Source of the DNA: an uncultured virus (IMG/VR IMGVR_UViG_3300044996_000613)
Taxonomy: Duplodnaviria > Heunggongvirae > Uroviricota > Caudoviricetes
Direction: 5' to 3' (one strand)
Virus record (IMG/VR): IMGVR_UViG_3300044996_000613
DNA: 64,000 nucleotides
Shown here: positions 8,802-16,426 of the stretch, one piece after another
Layout: every line of letters begins with the position of its first letter
How positions within the stretch are numbered: position 1 is the first letter of the stretch
Program-made: the position numbers and the translations under genes
Notes under the pieces: generated by a model
The model's input: only the letters and a program-made list of their open reading frames with translations
Told to the model about the DNA's origin: nothing
The model's database searches: none

Positions 8802-9915
8802 CGGCCGAGAGCCGCTCTACCCATCTGTCCAACGAAACGCCGCCAAGGTGGGGGATACCAGTCGTCGTCCTGATGCTCTCCACCAATTCCCCTATCTGTG
8901 CCCCGATCTTGTCGGCGAACTCGACCCTCCTGAATGACACGCCATTCCACTCATTGTAGCCACCCCCCTTGGCGGTCACCATCCCCAGTGCCCGCCCCAT
9001 CGACAACACGTCTTCCAGACGATCATACCCTGTCCTGGTAGAGAACAGAAAGTCCCCCTGCATGCCGTCGCCCGAAATCTTGCTCTTCGTGACCTCGACG
9101 GTGTGGCGGCCGATCTGCTCCATCGCGTCGTGCTTCTCGATGGTACGGAAGGCATACAGCCGCAGGACGTGGCTATGCCGCAGGAAGTTGCCCCCGGGGA
9201 AGTGTTGTTCGCCAGCACCCCCACCTGGAGTGAGCTTGTTTCTGAAGTGGTTCGTCACGATGATGGGAGTATCGGTTTGCCGCATCCAGGCCAAGATCGG
9301 GGCTAGACGCCTCGAAAGCACCTTGGGTGCCTCGGGGTACCCCACCCCCTCCGCCATATCCGCCTCATAGTCCTTGGTGGCCACACATGACGCCACGCTG
9401 TCCCAGATGATGAGGGACGGGGGGCGCTCCGTCTTGCTCAGGAACTCCGCCACGGGCCCCTTGCCGCCACCGATCTCCTTCACATCGTGGGTCAGCGCAG
9501 CCTTCATGATGGCCAACACATCTTCCAGAACCGACGTGCGGACGACGGTCAGACGACGTAGCTGGTCGTCCGTGAGCCCAACCAGTTTCGAAAAGTCCCC
9601 CGTCAGGTGGCCCTCGCTATCAAGGAACAGCACCCAGTCATTAGGGTCTGCTAGTGCTTCGCCGGCCGCGAAGATCGACAGCGCAGTCTTACCGGATTTA
9701 TCCTTGCCATGTAGCTGAGTTAGCACCCCCCGGGGGTAGCCCCCACCCGTAACGAAGTCAAGGGTAACCACCCCAGTGCTGATGCGCCGGAACGACGTGA
9801 ACTCGTCGTCCGACAACTGTCCCATCGTATAGGTCTGATCGGCAGACGCGAACCCCGGCGCCTGTGCCGTCTCCTCGACTTCGGTCTTCGTTGTCTTTCT
9901 GGTCCGAGGCATCAT
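8779..9915 (-). CDS. recA: RecA/UvsX-like recombinase
   Basis: ISTGVVTLDFVTGGGYPRG, Walker A GKDKSGKT, FLDSE, Walker B IIWDSVA, TNHFR, PGGNFL, KSKI. Confidence 0.88.
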   Translation of the reverse strand: MMPRTRKTTKTEVEETAQAPGFASADQTYTMGQLSDDEFTSFRRISTGVVTLDFVTGGGYPRGVLTQLHGKDKSGKTALSIFAAGEALADPNDWVLFLDSEGHLTGDFSKLVGLTDDQLRRLTVVRTSVLEDVLAIMKAALTHDVKEIGGGKGPVAEFLSKTERPPSLIIWDSVASCVATKDYEADMAEGVGYPEAPKVLSRRLAPILAWMRQTDTPIIVTNHFRNKLTPGGGAGEQHFPGGNFLRHSHVLRLYAFRTIEKHDAMEQIGRHTVEVTKSKISGDGMQGDFLFSTRTGYDRLEDVLSMGRALGMVTAKGGGYNEWNGVSFRRVEFADKIGAQIGELVESIRTTTGIPHLGGVSLDRWVERLSAGEKDTQT

Positions 9916-10364
9916 ACCCCTCCGAGGGTGGCTCCCGAGCGTACTCCAGACGCCTGGAGAGCCAACAGACTGCAGCGCTTCTCAATGATCTTGCAGGCTG
10001 CATCGTACAACGAGAGCCAGTTGTTGGCTCGCACCACGTCGGCCCGGCTAGCCTTCACCTGCACATCGACCCACGCATCCCGCTCGTCGGCGGTCTTCAC
10101 GTCGGCGACCTGACGCGCCTGCAACGTCCGCTCCTTGCGCTGGGCCACCAACCCGTCTTCTAGTCTCGCCGCCCACGCCTTGATCCTCACCCGCCCCAAC
10201 TGGAGTGACTCGTTGATGCCATCAAGCTGGGCAGCGATCAGAGGGATGGTGGCAGCATCCTGAACATTGGGAAGTCGGTAGTGCGCAAGCAGCGCGCGCA
10301 TCTGTTCGGCCGCCCACTCAAGCTCGTCATCCGAAGATATGGCTAATGGCCATGGCAGTGTCAT
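9912..10364 (-). CDS. helical protein, possible UvsY-like recombination mediator (start reassigned to ATG 10364)
   Basis: About 150 aa, coiled-coil-like, with 'KTADERDAWV...KIIEKR', directly upstream of recA. The longer ORF-track N-terminus overlaps the MTase. Confidence 0.45.
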   Translation of the reverse strand: MTLPWPLAISSDDELEWAAEQMRALLAHYRLPNVQDAATIPLIAAQLDGINESLQLGRVRIKAWAARLEDGLVAQRKERTLQARQVADVKTADERDAWVDVQVKASRADVVRANNWLSLYDAACKIIEKRCSLLALQASGVRSGATLGGV

Positions 10365-11172
10365 CGAACCGGAGAAGGCAGCAGCCGGTGGAGCCGAACT
10401 CGATGCTGGTGGTACGTCGGCGGGCGTCGGCCCGGTACTCGCCATTGATGTCCACCCCGAGACAGTGCCGGCCGCACATTGCGGCGGCGATGTTGGTTGC
10501 TGCTGTCCCCACGAATGGGTCCACGACAACATCTCCAACGAAACTGTGCATCCTGATGAGGCGGTAGGGGACATCTACCGGATACGGTGTCGGATGCGAT
10601 AGGTTACCACGGTTGCTATTGACTGGGCGGATGTTCCAGATACCCTGCCCCCACTCCCCGAACTCCTTGTCGCTCAGTCTGCTCGCCTCACGCGCCTCCT
10701 TGGTTACCTCCCGGCGTCCTGGGAGCCTCCCACGCAAGATGTACTCATGACCATAGCAGACATAGATGAACGGGGGATAAGGGTAGGAACCCCACATCCT
10801 CCAGGCACCCTTGCCCTTTGGGATTGGCTTTGTCCACATGATGTCGGCGTCCAGCAGGAAGCCGCTGTCTTCCATCATGACGGCCATACGGTGGTGCACG
10901 TTGGTCTGGTGGGCACCATCCTTGTGTCCCTTCTTCGGGATCATGCCGATGTTGATGCAGAGCCAACCACCAGGAGGCAAGATACGCGCCGACTGCCGCA
11001 CGAAGTCGCCAATCAGCCCCCAGTACATCTCATTGCTCCACCCCTCTTCGTACTCTTTGTCGGCCAGATACGGTGGAGATGTGACCACGATGCCGACCGA
11101 GTTGTCCGGGATGGCGCGCATGGCATGGCGGGCGTCTGCTACCAGGTAGGCCGAGCGAGGTGCGTCGCTCAT
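10327..11172 (-). CDS. DNA N4-cytosine/N6-adenine methyltransferase, beta class
   Basis: Catalytic TSPPY near the N-terminus, HPTPYP, SAM motif VVDPFVGTAAT near the C-terminus. Confidence 0.9.
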   Translation of the reverse strand: MSDAPRSAYLVADARHAMRAIPDNSVGIVVTSPPYLADKEYEEGWSNEMYWGLIGDFVRQSARILPPGGWLCINIGMIPKKGHKDGAHQTNVHHRMAVMMEDSGFLLDADIMWTKPIPKGKGAWRMWGSYPYPPFIYVCYGHEYILRGRLPGRREVTKEAREASRLSDKEFGEWGQGIWNIRPVNSNRGNLSHPTPYPVDVPYRLIRMHSFVGDVVVDPFVGTAATNIAAAMCGRHCLGVDINGEYRADARRRTTSIEFGSTGCCLLRFDDTAMAISHIFG

Positions 11173-11783
11173 TCTCCCTCAGCCTTTCTGCCAAAACGGC
11201 TAGGGTCAAATGGCTCCCAGTCGGGTACAACCTGCGATGGGTCCCAAGAGTCCGGCGGAGACGGCCGCAGATCGTAAAGCACCTTGGCTATGTCCCAGAA
11301 CCCCTTTCCGGCCCACATCGCCTGGTGTGATCGAAGAGAAATGTTCATATAGGACACTGACTTCTTCCCGTTTTCGTCGGCGTCCCGCTCCAGGCGCTCC
11401 CACTCGCCGAACGGCACCACATGCAGTTCGCGTACTCTGCTAGAAGACAAGCCGTAACGCTTCACCTGAGCATCGGTTGCCTGGCAGGCATAGGAGATTA
11501 CCAACAAGGACGCCCCCCCCGCACGACCGACACCTACCAAACATCGACGCTCGAACTCGGTCAGTGACGCAAATGGGATGGCACTCAGGTTGTTGCGGTG
11601 CTTGACCTCGATGGCATAGGTCAAACCGTTATAGCAGGCTATGATGTCAAACGCACGTGCCGGAGTGAACCGCTCCACCTCTCGGAACATGGGAGACGAG
11701 TCAGGGACCTTATAGGCCCAGGCACACGGAGTCCGATTGACCGAGCGCACGATCTCGCTCGTGACATGTGATTCCTTCATCAA
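11169..11783 (-). CDS. PD-(D/E)XK nuclease, RecU-like Holliday junction resolvase
   Basis: 'AYKVPD...AFDIIACYNGLTYAIEVK...FERRCL....AGG' pattern. Confidence 0.7.
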   Translation of the reverse strand: MMKESHVTSEIVRSVNRTPCAWAYKVPDSSPMFREVERFTPARAFDIIACYNGLTYAIEVKHRNNLSAIPFASLTEFERRCLVGVGRAGGASLLVISYACQATDAQVKRYGLSSSRVRELHVVPFGEWERLERDADENGKKSVSYMNISLRSHQAMWAGKGFWDIAKVLYDLRPSPPDSWDPSQVVPDWEPFDPSRFGRKAEGE

Positions 11784-12202
11784 GGGCCCATCCTGATGCC
11801 CCCCTGGGTCGGCATGACCCAGATGTAGCGGATGTGGGCGTTCTTGATGACACGCCCACCATGATCGCTGGGCTCCACCTCAACCATTTCGTAGGCCACC
11901 CCCGCACTACCAATCCGCAACACCTCGTCGGGGTCGGCTCCGCCAGGGAGGTGCTGGGCTGTGGTTGTATCCACTGTGCCACGCAAGCACTTGGTGACTA
12001 CATCGTACCACAAGGCGTGCAGATGGCCCATAGGAGGTCCGGCCACACTGAAGTAGCGCACTGGAAACGCCGTAGGCTCTTCCTTCTTCTGCTCAGCGTC
12101 GTTCCAGGCAGTGAAGCGTATCGCAACGCGCTTGAGTGTTTCCTCTGGCCAGTAGTTCCCGTAGCCATCGTAGCCTTGCGTGATGATGTCTATGTCGATC
12201 AT
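11780..12202 (-). CDS. hypothetical protein
   Basis: 140-aa ORF coupled to its neighbours. Confidence 0.6.
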   Translation of the reverse strand: MIDIDIITQGYDGYGNYWPEETLKRVAIRFTAWNDAEQKKEEPTAFPVRYFSVAGPPMGHLHALWYDVVTKCLRGTVDTTTAQHLPGGADPDEVLRIGSAGVAYEMVEVEPSDHGGRVIKNAHIRYIWVMPTQGGIRMGP

Positions 12203-12205
12203 AAG

Positions 12206-13372
12206 CTACTCCGGTGGCGTCAGCACCACGCACAGATTCTTCTCCATGGTGGTCTCGCCAACTGCGCAGTCTTCCCAGAACAACATCGACCCGGCGCCTT
12301 CAGCCTTCTTGAGCCCGGCGAACTGCTCATGGTCGATCATCTCGTTGACCGATGGGATGACGACCCCAACTTGGTCCCCAAAGCCCTTGAGTTGGATGGT
12401 CAGGCAGGGGGTCTCGTTGGTTGTCTTGCCGTCACCTCCAGGAGCCTTCACCGTGGTCTTGGCGGCCCCCTTCATACCCTCCAGGCTGATCGCCATTCGC
12501 CCTTTCATAGTCGTCAGCAGAGGGAAGATCGGTCGCCCCGCCATGGGGACATACTGCGCTACCCGCCGAAACTGCGAGACAAACTCCTCCCTGCTGACTG
12601 CGGCCTTCCAGCCGTCCACGTCGCGTGGGCAGACGTAGACCGGCCAGTCGGAGACGTTGGTGTCCACCCACGGGGCACGTACCGTGATCTCCTCGTCGAA
12701 CAGGATCACCGCCCCCTCGCGACTGATAGAGAGCGATCTGGGGACCCCAACAGAGAGTAGCTCCCACGGGATCATACGGAAGCCGGCCTTGCCGTCCTGG
12801 ATGACGCTTCGGGTATCTTCGGGTAGATCGGGGAGAGCAGAGCCAGAAACGTAGGCCGCCGTGTACGACGTAGTGGCGCCCAAGACCAGCTTGCCAGCCT
12901 GGTTAATGTGGAGGTACAGGCACGTATGGTCGCCGCCGGTTGTCGGCCGTCCGCCCCTCGTGTGGTAGGGCTCAAGAAACGCCAGAGCCATCTTCAGTGT
13001 ATCGCCTTCGAGGAGTGGGGCAGCATCGAACTCCTCCTCAGACGGGATCACATCACTGTCGCCGGGCAACTCGAAATCTCCGGCCCCGGCCTTCACCTTC
13101 AGATGGAGGGCGTCGTCGCGGTTGACAACAGACAGGTCTACATCCGTCAAGTCTCGGATCGGGGCCAACATGTTCTTCCTGACCACGATCTCGAACTCCT
13201 CCACTTCGTCTTCCACCACCTGAGACACGATAATCTCCCCCATCGAGTACCCCCGCGCCTCACACCTTGCGCCCTCTCCCTTGCCCTTCTTGGCGGGGAT
13301 GGCGCGGAACTCGATGGTCTCGGCCCCCGTCTGGATGATCGGGGCAATCAGTTGCTCGAAGTTGACCTGCAT
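12206..13372 (-). CDS. divergent DNA polymerase III beta sliding-clamp-like protein
   Basis: 388 aa. 'LVLGATTSYTAA' resembles 'VATDGHRLA' and 'VSREEFVSQFRRV' resembles 'VDREELLEALERV'. dnaE lies in the same block. Confidence 0.55.
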   Translation of the reverse strand: MQVNFEQLIAPIIQTGAETIEFRAIPAKKGKGEGARCEARGYSMGEIIVSQVVEDEVEEFEIVVRKNMLAPIRDLTDVDLSVVNRDDALHLKVKAGAGDFELPGDSDVIPSEEEFDAAPLLEGDTLKMALAFLEPYHTRGGRPTTGGDHTCLYLHINQAGKLVLGATTSYTAAYVSGSALPDLPEDTRSVIQDGKAGFRMIPWELLSVGVPRSLSISREGAVILFDEEITVRAPWVDTNVSDWPVYVCPRDVDGWKAAVSREEFVSQFRRVAQYVPMAGRPIFPLLTTMKGRMAISLEGMKGAAKTTVKAPGGDGKTTNETPCLTIQLKGFGDQVGVVIPSVNEMIDHEQFAGLKKAEGAGSMLFWEDCAVGETTMEKNLCVVLTPPE

Positions 13373-13404
13373 GGAAGGACCCTCTCTTTCTGGTAGAACC
13401 CGCC

Positions 13405-13788
13405 CTAACGGCGCAGAGCCTCGCGAAGCTCTTCACCCGATCTCCCGGCCGCATCCCCTCGCCGCCCCTCCTGCCGAACCTGCTCACGGAACTGCTGGCG
13501 CCTCCCGCCGGATAGCGGAGCCAGTACCAAGTTGTCCCGCAGCTTACCTCCCACGAAATCCTGCCAAGGCAACTGGCGACAGCGGCAGTGCTCCCACCGC
13601 CCCGCGATGCGCCTGTACTCCATGTTGGTGGGGTAGCAGCGCCGGCACTCGGGGAAGTCGGGGGTGTAGAGCGCACAGTGGTCACAGATGTCGCAAACCT
13701 TATAGCAGTGCTTGCGTCTTCTGGAGCGCTCTGCTTCCTCCTCCGCCTTCATGAAGAACCAGTAGATGCTGCCCCAGTCGCCCTCCAT
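13405..13788 (-). CDS. small Cys-rich hypothetical protein (start reassigned to ATG 13788)
   Basis: The ATG overlaps the kinase stop and follows GGAGG. Cys pattern CYKVCDICDHC...CRRC...CRC. Confidence 0.55.
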   Translation of the reverse strand: MEGDWGSIYWFFMKAEEEAERSRRRKHCYKVCDICDHCALYTPDFPECRRCYPTNMEYRRIAGRWEHCRCRQLPWQDFVGGKLRDNLVLAPLSGGRRQQFREQVRQEGRRGDAAGRSGEELREALRR

Positions 13789-14429
13789 TAGACGAACACC
13801 TCCATCATCTCGATCACCTTGCCCTCCTGCTCTTTGAGCGGAACGCTGGTGTCGAGTTGATAGTCCCAACGATCCCAGTGGTCGAGCCCAACCTCGCTCG
13901 CGTGCTCCAGTAGCTCCTGGGGGTAGTCGCCATAGACCTCCTCGACCCGGAGCAGGCGCTGCTCTTCCGGTATCACACACCGGATCAGCTTCCAGCCGGC
14001 CCGCATGAACGCCCCTGCCTCGTTCCCGAATCGTAGGTCGTCACAAATGAGGTGGATGCGGGACCCCGACCTGTTGACGGCGTCACGGACCCACACATCG
14101 GGGTCCAGCGCCCGGAAGTCGGTCCCGAGGTCCTGGAGGAATCGGCGCGGCTTCTCCCCCTTGTCGAAGACATCGGTGTTCTGCGATCTTCTCTCCTCGA
14201 AGGCGCGCAACGCACTGACACCCAAGCTGGGGCGGCCATCGAACAGCCGGAGCAAGATGCGCCCAACGACGGTGTCGCGCGCCACCCCATCTAGAGTGCA
14301 AGCCTGCGCTAGCTCCTTCAGGGGCTCAGCGATGACCACCCTACTGAAGTATGGGTAGATACTCATGATGAGGTTGCTGACCGTAGTCTTACCGCTACAC
14401 ATCTTACCGGAGACCGCTAGTTTGGCCAT
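13788..14429 (-). CDS. deoxynucleoside monophosphate kinase
   Basis: P-loop SGKMCSGKTT, AEPLK, RRFLQDLGTDFR, DDLRFGNE, HASE. Confidence 0.88.
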   Translation of the reverse strand: MAKLAVSGKMCSGKTTVSNLIMSIYPYFSRVVIAEPLKELAQACTLDGVARDTVVGRILLRLFDGRPSLGVSALRAFEERRSQNTDVFDKGEKPRRFLQDLGTDFRALDPDVWVRDAVNRSGSRIHLICDDLRFGNEAGAFMRAGWKLIRCVIPEEQRLLRVEEVYGDYPQELLEHASEVGLDHWDRWDYQLDTSVPLKEQEGKVIEMMEVFV

Positions 14430-14432
14430 CGT

Positions 14433-15584
14433 TTACGAAGCCCCCTTGCTCCACCGTTCGACCATCTTGGTCACTGACGAGCACTGGGCGACGTTCATCT
14501 GACCCAGGTCCTGCAGATGAAGATTCGCCAAGATGCCTTGGAGCACATCGTCCGTCATGCCCTTCTCGGCAACGAGTCCTTTCAGGCGCTCGATCATCTC
14601 TGGGCTAGCCGGAGATGTGAGGGTCTGGATGTCGGGCGCCCCAGGAGGCGGAGGAGGCATCTGGGGGGAGGCTACCCCAGGCTGCGCGGCTAGGGTGGGC
14701 GGAGCAAGAGGCGCCATGGGTTGTTGTGGCCCCCCCGGCAGAGCCTGCCCCCACGGCTGCTGAGGCGCCGGCTGAGCCACCATAGGTTGCTGTTGGGCCA
14801 TCGGCTGCGGGGCCACCGGCAGAGCCTGTCCCCACGGTTGCTGAGGCGTCGGTGGTATCCCCCATTGCCCTGCGTGCGGCTGCTGCGTAGGATGAGCACT
14901 GGTGGGGGCGGGAGGCGGCGGAGGCATGGACGCCCAGTCGTCCTCAGACGCCGTGTCCTTGCCGGCCACACCGACACCCAGGTTGTAGCAGGAACGGTCG
15001 AACGCATTGGTCTGCGCCAGCTTCATGAACTGAGGCCACATATTGTCGAGGTCGCTCTTGTTGCCGTCCCTCGACGGGTGGTAGCCGGCGTAGCGGATCG
15101 CATCGAAGGAGACCCCGCGCGACCCCTGCAACAGCGCCTTGTCACGGAAGCTAGCAGCCCCTACCGCATCCGAGATGCCGACCCCCATGATGATGAGGCG
15201 CCCCAGGCATAGAGCCCAGATGTCGCCTGCCATCTCCACGATGCTCTGCCCCATCACCGTGAATACGTGAGACGCCCCGGCCTGTGACAACCGACGCACG
15301 TAGGCTTTGTGCGTCGGCACTAGGCCGAAACTGACCTTCTGCATCTCCTCGTCCGGGAACTGCTCGCGGAGGCTGTTCTTCAGTTCGATGTCGGTGGACG
15401 CCAAGACCTGGAGGACTAGTTCTGGTGGCGGGGGAGGGACTTCCATCATGCCAAGCGAGTCAAAGACCCTCACCGGCTGCGGCGAGGCTACCATCGGCGC
15501 CGCCTGCTGAGGCGGCGGGTAGCCCGGAGACATTGCTTGCGGCTGTGGCACTCCGTTCGAGAACTGCGTCGGCTGGTAGCTCAC
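14433..15584 (-). CDS. Rad52/Sak-like single-strand annealing protein with P/Q-rich regions
   Basis: 'LREQFP...YVRRL...GRLII.G...DAVG...KLAQTNAFDRSCYNLGVG' matches the Rad52/22 core pattern. PQQPWGQALP occurs twice. Confidence 0.65.
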   Translation of the reverse strand: MSYQPTQFSNGVPQPQAMSPGYPPPQQAAPMVASPQPVRVFDSLGMMEVPPPPPELVLQVLASTDIELKNSLREQFPDEEMQKVSFGLVPTHKAYVRRLSQAGASHVFTVMGQSIVEMAGDIWALCLGRLIIMGVGISDAVGAASFRDKALLQGSRGVSFDAIRYAGYHPSRDGNKSDLDNMWPQFMKLAQTNAFDRSCYNLGVGVAGKDTASEDDWASMPPPPPAPTSAHPTQQPHAGQWGIPPTPQQPWGQALPVAPQPMAQQQPMVAQPAPQQPWGQALPGGPQQPMAPLAPPTLAAQPGVASPQMPPPPPGAPDIQTLTSPASPEMIERLKGLVAEKGMTDDVLQGILANLHLQDLGQMNVAQCSSVTKMVERWSKGAS

Positions 15585-16426
15585 TCGTACTCCTCCTCTT
15601 CCTCTGCTAGGAGAATGGAACCAGATGGTTCATCTACAGCCTCATCTAGAGACACATCGAGAATCTCAACCTGCGCCAGATCGGGGTCCCTCAGCACAAC
15701 GGGGAATCCCCCACTCTGGAGTTGGCCGGCAAAGCGCAGCATCGCAATGTTGGTCGGCGGCGGCACCGTATTGAAGAACGACTCGATGCACGTCCCCGGC
15801 CGAAACCGCTGCACTCCGTAGACATCGACGTGCTCCTTGAAGTCGCCTAGCCAGCGGACGATGGCTAATGCGTCGCCGTTGTTCACCCTGGGGACCACTG
15901 TTGTCCTCAACTCCAACCTCGGGGAACCCCCATACTCCTGGCGGAACACAACCACGGTCTCTACAGATGCCCTGACCGTCGCTGCCAGGCTATGGGCATC
16001 AATGACTCCCCCAGTGGCTACATCATAATACGCTGGATCGGCCTTGATGTCAACCGCTACATGCACGATTTGGTCGCGGCGGTCGGACAATAGCTCAGCC
16101 AACGTACTGGGGTAACAGCCATTGGTGTCCAGCTTGACCGGGAGGCCGAGTTCCCTCAGCCCGTCCAACAGAGGAGATAGAGCCCAGAGGGACTGCAGGG
16201 GCTCGCCGCCGGAGATGACAACCCCCTGCAGGAGCCCCTTGCTTCTGTCGATCTCATGGAGCACATCTTCAAGGGTGAGAAGACCCTCACGCTTCTTGAG
16301 AAGATCAGAGTTCTGGCACCACCCACACTGCAGATTGCATTGAGGTAACCAGACGGTAGCAACTACCTTGTCTTCCCAGTCCACCGTGCTCTCTGGGGTA
16401 AATCCATAACCCGAGGCAAAGTTCAT
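15581..16426 (-). CDS. nrdG: anaerobic ribonucleotide reductase activating radical SAM enzyme
   Basis: CNLQCGWC, ISGGEP, KLDTNG, ELRTT. Adjacent to nrdD. Confidence 0.92.
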   Translation of the reverse strand: MNFASGYGFTPESTVDWEDKVVATVWLPQCNLQCGWCQNSDLLKKREGLLTLEDVLHEIDRSKGLLQGVVISGGEPLQSLWALSPLLDGLRELGLPVKLDTNGCYPSTLAELLSDRRDQIVHVAVDIKADPAYYDVATGGVIDAHSLAATVRASVETVVVFRQEYGGSPRLELRTTVVPRVNNGDALAIVRWLGDFKEHVDVYGVQRFRPGTCIESFFNTVPPPTNIAMLRFAGQLQSGGFPVVLRDPDLAQVEILDVSLDEAVDEPSGSILLAEEEEEYE

